Made by a program: the position numbers and the translations under genes. The notes under the pieces were generated by a model, which saw only the letters and a program-made list of their open reading frames with translations, had not been told where the DNA came from and ran no database searches. Shown here piece after piece: positions 1 through 11,341 of a stretch of DNA of 64,000 nucleotides. The stretch is from contig NMRA01000134.1 of NCBI GenBank assembly GCA_002633005.1, forward strand, positions 528,615 to 592,614. Reading direction: 5' to 3'. Position 1 is the first letter of the stretch, and every line of letters begins with the position of its first letter. This DNA is from Phoronis australis (Eukaryota > Animalia > Phoronida).

Positions 1-1899
1 CAATGAGGTAAAAACGTTGCACGTCAATTTACCTGAATATCAGGGTTGCGGCACTATAGTATTTCCTCTAATCAAATCAAAACATATCTTAGAGTAAAAA
101 AACTAGTTATCTAAAGACATCAGCTATAGAGTTGCTTTTTCAGCGGTGGATCCATCTAAAATGCTTGGCTACTTCAGAAGTGTCGACGGAAGCGCGCGCA
201 CAATTGATATCCGGGGTTTTGCCGATGAGCCACGAAGACTGACTCGAAGTGCGTTGATTTTCATAACAGCAATTCACAATGCAAAAAATATATTTTCAGA
301 ATGAACCCCACCCTTCGTATGTATACGACATTCTTGATTTTAACCATTTATTCCGGGGACGGACAACGGCATGCCTTCGTCTTTTGTCTGAGTGCGAGTG
401 TTCTCGATCGGTCTGTACCGGGTCATCGGCTGCAGGTCCGAGCCCGGCAAAATAATTTCTGTCAAATTTTATTTTGCCATATTTTGTCAACATTTTCAGT
501 ACAAAATGTCCCTATTTTGGTTTTATTGAAATTGAGGTCCGCTATCGATTATTTTATCCCCGTTTGTAGGCTGGTAACGGACACTGCTCCAGTCGCACAG
601 CCTTCCTGAATGAATTGTACTTACAACACCTTCTTATTTGAAATGAGCTTTTCTCAAATAAATGAGCTTCGAAAAAAGGACTTAAATCGTTTTACGGTAT
701 CGCGGTTAGTTCAAAATGGCGGTGTGATCTTAGGGTCGGAATCGTGAGTGACGCTTAATTTTTTTCGACTACGGATTGTGGTTATGGGATAAGTGCTGCG
801 AGGTTCCCTGTACTGTCTTCTAACCGTTTAATAAGGGTTAAAAACGTGTGCTTCTAGGACTTTTGATTGGTTACGCCACTAAGCTTGGTTTCTCGAAAAG
901 AAAACAACAGAAGGGGGGAATTATTTTGAATTTGTCAAAGACTATATTCCCGATTGTTTTTGTAAGGATAAAATCGACATTTTTGCAAAGAAATCTAAGC
1001 ATAGCGTTTTTTGATCAAAACATTGATATCATGGGAACAGAATTGTTCGTAGAAAACTCGTACAGTTGATAAAGACTGGCAGAAGTGTATTTTCTTGATG
1101 CTTGTGTGCAGTGTACATTATTAACATATCAGCGTGTTCAAGATAAACATACCAGCAACCGTAAATAAAAGATTTCTGCTACTTTTGGCGTGCAAGTGTT
1201 ACTCATGAACCGTAACAGACTGCCACTGGCATGAAAAAGCCCTGCATTAAAGCTTAGTTATCTGCAGTTACTTCAAAAGACCTTTAGTTTTTATGTTGGG
1301 TTGCCATGTGACAACTCCGGGGTTATTAGTTTCTGCGATTAATATGATCATTTAACTTGGAAAATCAACTTATATAAATTTAAAATCTAATTTTGTAATA
1401 AATTTCATGATGCTTCAGCGAACTTAGGTGCTAATGATTTCTCCCAATTTTAAAACACGAGGTGGGAGTTCAGTCTTGTGTAACGTTCAAATTTATACCC
1501 CAAAAGAATGATTTTGGAATGTTTTTGGCAACCTAATAAAGCGAATTTCACAATGATTGCACCCCTATTAAGGTCAAACTACTCTAAAGGCATAAAGTAT
1601 TTGTGTCTGAAGAAAATGTGCCTTTTAGGCCTACTTGAATTCAAACTTTTTTAAAACATGGATACCAAAGTCCTCAGTGGAGTCTGCCTCAACTGATCCG
1701 TATGCCGCCCGAACATCAAAGTCCTAACACCCGACCTGCTAAAAATTCAACTTCTCTCAAGCTAGGAACAACATTAAAACACTCATTGTATTTGAATTGT
1801 TGTAATCGTCAACATCATTTCTATGGCGTCTTGTTATTGGTTAATTTTGTGGTTCCCCGGACCGGAGAGGAGAGAATGTAAATGAGGCCTAGGCCTACT

Positions 1900-2141
1900 C
1901 TGGTGCATCTCAGATGTTCTGCAAACCTGACCGCATCTTCGGATGACGTGTTGTTATTTATGCGTCACTGGAGTAGTTTCAAAAAAGTAAGTACTCTTAA
2001 GAACCTAACTCGTGTCGGTGAACCTGTGTGATAATGCAACACTGAGAATATAGTCATGTGTGCCGCGAACTTCGCATCTGTGGTCTGCGGAACGAACACA
2101 TTGGCCGCCAGGAGGCTGCAGACACTAGAGGACAGCACAAG
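1900..2141 (+). promoter_or_regulatory. Probable NKAPD1 promoter and non-coding first exon(s)
   Basis: CpG-rich stretch with TGACGT ~1944 and donor-like sites AAA|GTAAGT (~1987) and AAG|GTATGT (~2142), upstream of the acceptor at 3909. Confidence 0.4.
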
Positions 2142-2499
2142 GTATGTTTGTGGTTCAGCAATGGTTATGTTAACAAACGTGAAATAGTGTGTGTGTGGCC
2201 GACAGTATTCTAAAGATAACTTGCAAGTAATGATAGCTAACCCAACGGGGGGTATCTGTGTCTTTTTCTATAATTAGGCTGTTATGTATTGATGCCGGGA
2301 GAACCGGAATGGTACTCGGAAAATTGTGTGTGAAATCAGTCATTCACTCGACAACGTTCGCAGACAGTCTCCCCTGCTCAGTCAGAGTCAGACATTCATC
2401 ATAATAATATACTAATACTTAGTCATATACTCATAGCCTTGCACTTGCCTTGGTGCTAAGCTGGCTGGCTACCCTGATCACTACTCACTAGCTGCTCGC

Positions 2500-2765
2500 T
2501 GACACTCTGCAGTGCCTGACCTGCCTGTGGGCTGACTGAGTGACGGCAGAAATCAGTCTTTCACTCCCGACAACATTCGCAGCCTCACCTGAGTGATCAC
2601 CGACACTGCCTGTAGTGCCTGACCTGCCTGTGGTCTGACTGAGTGACAGTGACAGACAGAAATCAGTCTTTCACTCGACAACATTCGCAGACTCACCTGA
2701 GTGATCACTGACACTGTCTGTAGTGCATGGCCTGTCTGTGGTCTGACTGAGTGACAGTGACAGGC
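2500..2765. repeat. Tandem repeat, ~105-110 bp unit, ~2.5 copies (partial extra copy at ~2332)
   Basis: Repeated gacact..gtagtgcctgacctgcctgtggtctgactgagtgacag..gaaatcagtctttcactcgacaacattcgcag..cacctgagtgatcac. Confidence 0.85.
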
Positions 2766-3928
2766 TAGACCTGTCCTAGCTTTGACTCAGTGTAAACTTG
2801 ACTAACTCAATGTGTGTATTTTGGTGCTAGTCTTCATGCAGCTGGCAGGCTATAGGTTTCCATTATGACTTGTGTGTGTAAAAATGGCCAAATAAAATCT
2901 GACACAGAACTAATGTCATGAAAATCTACACTCTTCCTTAAATTCGTTACCAGTGCTAAGAAACTGCATTCTGCTGTTAAAGTTGTGTAGCGATCTTATG
3001 CGTTGGCTTTCAGCGCCCAAGCCTTCAGTAGCATGAAACAGAGCGTCACCTATTGGCCAATTTCTTTTTTCTCTGATTCCTTAATCAACTGTTTGTGTAT
3101 ATATCACTATATATTATCAAAATTGGTTTCATTCGTTTTAAGGTTTTGCTATTTCAGTACCAGCAACCAAATTTCTGAGGAAATATTGCTTCGCCATTGA
3201 AGTTGTCACCATCTCCAAAAAGATGTCGCAAGAAATTAGTAAATGGCACGTGTCATGAGCTTGAGCCAATGTCATACTTTTCTTTGTTGCTAAAGCTGAA
3301 GAATCATTCAAGAAAATGACATTTATTTGATGGTTTTTCTCATGATGAGTAGGTGAGCAGTACTCGGGTGTTGTGGGCAGTGTGAAGTTTTGAGGTCTAT
3401 GTGAAGTTCACACATTTGTAACCAGCCAGGTAGCTTTCTCCATGATAGCAAGTAGCAGCATGTGTTGATAAAAACACTGATGGTTTTCAATCATCTTGAC
3501 ATGTCTTGGGGTTTATTAAAACACCGAAACATGTCAAGCCTATTGAAATCCATGGTTGTTTTTATCAGCAGCTAGCTTTATGTAGACTTGCATCAAAATA
3601 CCGCTGTTTATTAGGCTTTGAAATTTGACACCATCTGGGTAACTCTGCTTATTACCTTGTGAAACTTATACCTTGTGAAACTTATACAAGCATGTGGAGC
3701 TAACGATCTCCGGAGGTGCATGCAAAATCTTGGAGTCAACCGACACTTACCTTCCCCGTTACAGCCGTTTGAGTGGAAAACAATCTAATGGATTGTTATT
3801 TTCTTGCATCATTCTCCAGCAAAGAAAAGTCTGTCGACGACTTGAAAGCTCAGAAGATGAAGACGGGGGTTATATCACATTGTCAATACGCTATCTGATA
3901 CATTTTCAGGTGCAAGTGTCATATTACA

Positions 3929-6900
3929 ATGGTTTCCAGGATGGGTAAAGATTTGTTGAAAAACATGATTCTTCACACGGACTCGCATAACAAGGTCAGT
4001 TATCTTTTTGCATAGGCAAAAGTCAGGTTTTGATTTAGAGCACTTGTCATCTCAAATTGTTCCTTTTTTGTTAGCCAAATTGGTGGGGATTTCAGTGCTT
4101 CAAAAAAGCTGGCAGTTTGTTATTGCCTAGTTGACTTGCCGGGACATGTCATTTTGGGTGCCGAGCATGGCCTCACGGTACATTGTAGGGTGCCGAGCAT
4201 GGCCTCATGATACATTGTAGGGTGCCGAGCATGGCCTCATGATACATTGTAGGGTGCCGAGCATGGCCTCATGATACATTGTAGGGTGCCGAGCATGGCC
4301 TCATGGTACATTGTAGGGTGCCGAGCATGGCCTCATGGTACATTGTAGGGTGCCGAGCATGGCCTCATGGTACATTGTAGGGTGCCGAGCATGGCCTCTT
4401 GGTACATTGTAGGGTGCCTAGCATGGCCTCTTGGTACATTGTACTAGTGTCAGTTCTTTACAAACCAAAAAATCACTACTCATCTGAGTTGAGAACAAGT
4501 TGAGACCAATTTGCTCAGGAAGTGGTCTAAAAGTGGTCAAACGTTTCCTTCATAGACCACTTTAACTTTCAGTGAAGTCCATTTGTTGCTTTTCAGACCC
4601 CAAAATGTAATAATGACCCCCAAAATGTAATAATGAACAAAGGCTAGTCATTGTTTTGAGCTTACAAAGTTAAAACTTCTATTTCGTTTTTAATTAAAAA
4701 TGCGTGTAATTAACTTCTGCTACCTTTACGTACACGGATTTTTCTTACGATTCGTTACAGATTGCCAAATTGTAGCCAATCACAAGCACCGGTAAATAAC
4801 CCATTACAAAATGCAACAACTCGCAGACACTGGTAATGATCTGTGGAAGGAGAGGCAAATTTTTTAGCGTGTCAAAAATCTTCCATGGATTGCTCAGGGA
4901 TTGATTTATATGTAAAAAACGCGCAAAGGATTGCAAAGCGCTTGCAACAACTTTTAACCATTCAAAAACAAAAACAGCTTGTAAAAATCCATAAATGACT
5001 TGTAACAATTTTATTATACAATTTGACATGAATAATTCACGTTATATTTACATACTGTTTAGTATGTAATGATTCTTAAGTATCTATTCGTAAGAGCATA
5101 TGTAACAGATCGGAACTAACACGAAAGGCATTGATAAATCTGGAACATTCCGTAGAAAGGCTTTAAATTACACTTAAAATTATACTAGTTCCCCACATCA
5201 ACTCTTAACAAATCACAAAGAGTTGCTGTAAATAAATGGCAATAACTTGTAATGACCCATAAAGTACCGTAATAAGCTTGCAAGTTGGTGATGAAAGTAA
5301 CCAATTTATGAGGATCTGTGAATTTTTTCTATCCATAAGAACTCATAAAAAAATTGTGTATGTGAAGGGGTATGAAATTAACTCTACTAAAGATGGGCAG
5401 GTAAGAAATTAATGGCGAGAACAATCCAGTGTGTTTTCTATGCCATTTATTGCAATACATAAGCGACATCTATAGGCAAAATATTACACATTGAACAGAC
5501 ACAATGATTAACTGAAGCTGATCACAGTCTTGATTTCAGTTGATTATTATATGTGTTCTGAGTCGGCGACGTGCAACTTATAAACATGAGGCTGGGTCAT
5601 TTCACTATTGTTGCAGCCATGCTTTCAATGGACGTCTGAAGAATAGTATTTAACTGTAATAACCCACAACTGTTATTTTGCCAACCCAACTTCTCTTTCA
5701 TTCTAGGGAATAGTAAGCTCACACCTCTTACCTGCCAGTCTGACCCCTTCTCTTATAAGTGCTGTGCAACTAGGAGCACTAAAGGCTACTGTCTGATTAA
5801 ACAAGTAGCAACAGAGTGTGCCGCCAGTGCATGTCACGTGCACAGTGATTCGTGTGGTGGTGTTTACATTGTCACTCCCTTGTGTAGAGAATATTCCTGT
5901 TTAACAAAGTCACGTAACCAAACTATGGAGTCAATGTCACTAGGAGTGATGGGCACATTGCTAGTGAAATAATGATTAAGACCACATGACTCATTTCAGA
6001 GAGTTGAAATTGCCGAGATGTGGCAACAAAAAGAGACAATGTCAAGGACACAGAATTTCTTCAACCATGATGACAGGCTTGTGGGAGGCAAGAAGCGTGG
6101 GTACTCAGGCAGTTATGATGGTGAAGAACCAGGGCATAAGAAGAGTAGATCACTAAATATGGATGAGCCTTCCAGCACATATTGGTCCAGGCAACTACAA
6201 AAGTTGGAGGAAGTTGACCCAGACCGGTAGGTGGACACTTTTTAGAGAATGCAAAGCTTCATTTTTCTGTCATGGGATTAAGGAATCAACTCCTGCTCTT
6301 TTTCTGTGGGGCCCAAGATGGACTGAAGGGTCCTGATGATAGCAAAAGTTGTCGCTGATATTGTGGTTTTGAAATTATATGTTTTGGGGACCCCTGACAC
6401 AGGGTAACCAACCAGAAGAGTGTCCCCTAAAAGAAGGGGTCCAAAGCAATTGCCCCTTTGACATCTATTTACTAGGCACTGTCGACTATTCACACTGAGA
6501 AATCAAATTGGTTTTTAAACCACTAATTATTTTCAAGCTTAGCACACCAGCATCAAAACATGCAGCTCAAACATTGAGAGCATCATTTGAGAATAAAGTC
6601 TAACTACACTAGTGTAGATGTTCATGCAAAATTTTTTAGAGCATTCCCAGCCATCCAACTCGCAAGACGTGAACTTTTGATTTAGGCTACTTACCGGTTT
6701 ACATTGGTCTCAACGTGTTCCTTACTCGGATGGGAAGGGATTCCTATGTTTGCAAAGATGTGACAGTTTGTTATTCGTTAAGATCATGCTTGGCACATAG
6801 AATGACACGCTATGACAGGCCAAATTGTAAAGCATTGTATCAAGAAACAATAAACAGTTCTGTTGAAGCGCTGAATACGGAATAAGTTGAGACCAATTTC

Positions 6901-8796
6901 ATAACGACAAATGGTCTAAATGTGATGGAAGGCAATTTATAAGTGCAATGAAACAGAAAGAGCATCGCTAAACAAGTCTTTTTTCTTCTGGTCTAGTTAG
7001 AGTCAAGCCTCTGGGTTTGATTTTCAACTTGATTGTGACTTTTAATGTGTCTTGTTATCATGGAGACTGCATCTGTCAGGCTTTAGCTTAGTGTGTATAC
7101 TGACCACTTGCTAGGTTAGTTTATTGACATAGTTTTAATCGTGTGAAAGTGTACAATAAGTGACTCAAGCTTCCTCCTTAGCCTGTCTATTAGACACGGC
7201 AATGAAGTCATTGACAATAAATTCATTCACAATGACCTGCAGAAATAGTTGAATACTGTAGCTAGCATGGCTTGTAGACAGAAAGTAAATTACATACCGT
7301 ATCACTTTTGTTGTCAACAGATGGGGCCACGGCGGGTATAAGGAGCTGTATCCTGAAGAATTCCACAGTGATAGATCTGATGAAGAGCACGGGGCACAGC
7401 AGAAATGTCACAAGAAGTAGGTTTTGGACAGCATTAGACATTGATTTCTGGTGTTTGGACTAAATATGTCTCCTAAATAAATAAATCTTGAAGCTTTTAT
7501 CCAACTTCCTGCCTGATACTGAGTGTAGAGAACCTTGGGACGGAACTGCTGTTTCATAGTGTTGGCTAAACTCTCAACCGTTCTTCTAAAGAATGATTGA
7601 ATCATGTGTGGAAACCCTCACTGCGTACTGTCTGTCTATGTCAAACTCATTTACCAGTAATTACAATTCTAATTTGCTTTTAGTATTTCACAGTATTCAC
7701 TTTCAAGTTCACGGAACAGTCCCCTTAGTATGTAAAAGACCCTGTGCAGCTTTTTCTGGTGATACACACTAGACAAGAACTTTAAGGCCCCTACCATGTA
7801 TTTTGTATCCATCTCAGTCATATCATGGAGTGTCAGTAATACACAAGTAGTACTGAAAGTAGAGTTTCAAAATAATTTTTTATTAATATTATGCTCAGCT
7901 GAAGTTGTCCTAGTCTTGTCAAAATTAATTTTGCGTCATTTTATTTGATGTGTTAATTGACAAGTGCGCGTCGCAAGCAATGTTTTGCACTCTCAATGTT
8001 GAACTTTGAATAAGATAGGCCCAAAAACTTTGAATGCCATTGGCCAAACTTCAACAAGCTTCTACCTCTGAGTCAATGAATTCAGTTTTTGTTGGGTCTA
8101 TTGAGTTGTGTTGATTCAGTATGACCCGGGTTCAACATCTTGAAATAAAATTTTTTCCAAGAAATTAAATGAATAGGTAGAATTTCTAGTTTTTCAATTT
8201 TCATCAAAATGTATGGTGTGCAGAAGTGTGGTCTCTTACTAGGGTGTAGATGTTGGTGATTCAGACGTCTCCACCCTTTTTCTGTGGGACGCATTCACTA
8301 ACACATTTCCCATTGGTCGGGGGCCACTGGAATATCATGTACCCCAGCAAGAGGTCATACCTTTGAACATAGTCAACAGGAAGCTGTAAGAAAACCATTC
8401 TGTCATATCTGTCATATGTATTGTGTTGGCCAATATGTAGTGTTAGGTGTAGTAAATGTAACCATAAACATCTCATGTAATATTCACAGGAAAAAACATA
8501 AAGTCAAGAAAAAGAAGAATTCAAAAGGCAGTGTGATGGAGGAAAGTGAGACATCTGATGGAGAAAGTATGGCAAAGAAATCAAAACATAAAAGGAAAAA
8601 GAAGAGGGTGCATGTATGGAAGGAAACCGAGGGACAGTTTTCTGATTCAAGTGGCAGGTCTAAGGATGGCAGGACTAGTCACAGCAGTGCAAATGGGAAT
8701 CTCAAAACCGTTAAAACCAAGTCTGACACTTCAAGGAAATCACGAAATTGTGCCAAGAAATCTAAACATAAACATAAACATAAGAAAAAAATCTGA
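3929..8796 (+). CDS. NKAPD1: NKAP domain-containing protein 1 (C11orf57 ortholog), ~231 aa, 4 coding exons
   Basis: Exons 3929-3994, 6000-6226, 7321-7416, 8490-8796 have GT-AG boundaries and consistent phases (696 nt). They translate MVSRMGKDLLKNMILHTDSHNK-RVEIAEMW...[20 protein letters not shown] followed by a Lys/Ser-rich tail, matching the human motifs GKVLLRNVIRHTDAHNK and [16 protein letters not shown]. Confidence 0.9.
4156..4443. repeat. 32-bp minisatellite, 9 copies
   Basis: (GGGTGCCGAGCATGGCCTCATGRTACATTGTA)9, 288 bp, few substitutions. Confidence 0.97.
4722..5370. mobile_element. Degenerate MITE-like element (~650 bp)
   Basis: Imperfect ~30-bp terminal inverted repeats: cctttacgtacacggatttttcttacga and tcataaaaaaattgtgtatgtgaagggg, flanked by TA. 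Confidence 0.45.
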
Positions 8797-11341
8797 ACTT
8801 GACTTTAGAAGTGGTCCAAAGAAACGAATGTTTTTTTGTATTCCGTAAAGCCTGCGTATTGTTATGCATGGCGATTAATTGTTAAATTCAGACATTAACT
8901 CACGAGACTTATCTGTCAAGCCTGGTCACTTCTGAATTTGGGAAGTCTTACAAGTTGTTGCCTTTGTGATCCTCTATTGCAAAATAGTAAAAAAAATCTT
9001 ATTAGCTTTGATATTGTAAGTTAGCCTTGAATTAACTTTTGTGACTATACCGTAGAAGTTGGTTTCAACTGATGCTACAGCGACCAAATGTTCAGTTTTC
9101 AAAACCATGGCAACAAGTGGTACTGTAATTATCTGTGAATAACAAATATTCATATGCAGGACTACTAATAGAGCATGGCTTTGTATTGAACATATTGGTA
9201 AAATCAAACGCAGCAGAAAATTGGAAAGTGACGCAGTTCTTAGAACAATAAATGTGTACCAGGTCATGATGGACTCACTCAGTCTTTTTGCTCACCAAGG
9301 AGTTGTGAAACGAAAAACAAGAACATACCCATAATTGTAGGTGTGTGTTTCTTGGTATTAAACGGTTTTTGTTCTTTCACATTATCTTATGTTCATTGTG
9401 TGTCCTTAGTATTCTCAAACTTGATCAAGTTTCTTGTTTTTACCAGAACTCTTAGCGTTGGAGATGTTCTTGTTTACTGTAGTTTTGAAACAAGTCAAAC
9501 ACAGGAATCCCATTGGACTTGTGAAACATTTTCAGTTTGTGTGTTATCCACTACCCCTGGTTTATGGCACATAACATTGACGTTGTGTGCCAAACTGTGA
9601 TCACTGCAAAAACCTGTCAGTTATCAGAACTGAGCCAGCAAAAGAACATTCAAGGTTCTTTTTTGTTATAGTGCAAGTTGATATCCAAAACTAAGTGATT
9701 TTGAATATTAGCTGACCCCCCTTTGTGTGATCTACCATGGAACATGTGTGACTCAAACATGTATGTAGTCTGGAGAAAGATTTTTTTTCAATTATAAGAA
9801 CAAAAAGTGTTTTGCAACAAAAATGAGTGAGCCCCACCGATTAAAAGTAGAAAAATTATTTTACTGACTCACCTCCCCTTCTCGCTGGTAAAGATGAAGC
9901 GAGGGGAAAACAGCACAGCCCACATTTGCAACAAAAACAAAAAATCCTGTCTATGTAACACAATTTTTATACACATTCTTAGACTGGCATTATTATGGTG
10001 TAATCTCGACACTATCGTCCATCTGGATTAACCTCGTCGCCACTTGAGCCTCTGTACTTTGGATCAAATTTGGTTCATGCCTGTGTCATTAGCATTCAGT
10101 TTTCACTAAACTGTCAACACTCTGAAGTTCCTTTGATAGTTTACTTGTATTTGCATACATTTTGTCAACATTATTTTTCCCTATAAATGTAGCAGTTTCA
10201 AGTATGTTAAATTACAAATTTATTTTTATCCTTAACATTTTTTAATGAATTGTTTTACTAGAAATGGAATTTAGGGAATTCGTCAGTTTTTTAAAACCTG
10301 CAAGAATTGTTGTAATTTCTCGCAACTGCTGTAATAGAAATTGATTATTGCCAGTTGGTTTTATTACTGTGGTGAAAGTATTACGGTGTTAAGAGACAAC
10401 TTTTTCTATATTTTTTCATTCTGACAAAATGTTTGTTGAAAATGGGTATGTTCTTTTGTACTGAGGTGTGGGAGTCTTTATTTTCACACTCTGTATTCAC
10501 CTAACTTAACAGTCACTTTAAGATAACTTGCACCTTCTGTCTGGGGTATCCTCAACCTGCAGGTGGGTTGTAGGCCTTTTTCTGAAACTTCCTCATCTTT
10601 CATGAGTTTTCTAGAACCTGTGAATTATTTATCCCTGGCTAGTAAATGTGTGCTGTCATTCACACAAGTAAATGTGCTGTCAATCACCAAAGTAATTGCA
10701 CTGTCAAGTATTAATTAAATTTTTAATCATTGTAGCTTACATTGTTTTTGAAAGATCAATGACGAAACTACACCTTTCAAATTGACTAAATACTCTATTG
10801 GCAATATTTAATTGTATGATGTTTTATTCAGAACTTTACCAAGCTTAACAAAGTTTTGTCTATGTATCACAGGGTCTTGCCCGTCACATGTTTTCTTACA
10901 TTTGTCAGTCAAAGTAACTTGTTCTCTTGTGTCCATGAATGGGCAAAATGTTAAGTGCTGGCAAGGAACATAAGGTTTACATTACATTTTGAACATTTAC
11001 GGAACGTGCGTCTTTTTGATGTTCACACAGCCGTTGCAATGAGTCAGATGCTTGCATTATTTTATATTTATCTCTAGCAGATGCGACTAAAATATAAAAT
11101 GTCAGTTTCATTAATTTATTTCTAAATATTTACACGGACAACCCACACACAAAACACACGACCAGAATGAGGAAGAATCGAAACAGTGCTCTTATCTGCT
11201 CACTCCATGATCTACTTGATAGCTTCAGTAAATTCCATGTCCTGTTCGCAAGATTTCAAGCAACACCATGGGAAGCAAGTTACTTCTAGCCTACGCCTAA
11301 ATCCAGCCAGTGTCTATGAGACCCTACAAAGTGGGGTGGCA

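Noticed and set aside
1636-1725. Possible minus-strand exon (DFDVRAAYGSVEADSTEDFGIHVLKKFEF)
   Set aside because: Weak acceptor, no recognisable homology and no partner exon identified.
4156-4443. 32-bp repeat array with CRISPR-like unit length
   Set aside because: Units are directly adjacent with no unique spacers, in a eukaryotic intron with no cas genes. It is a minisatellite.
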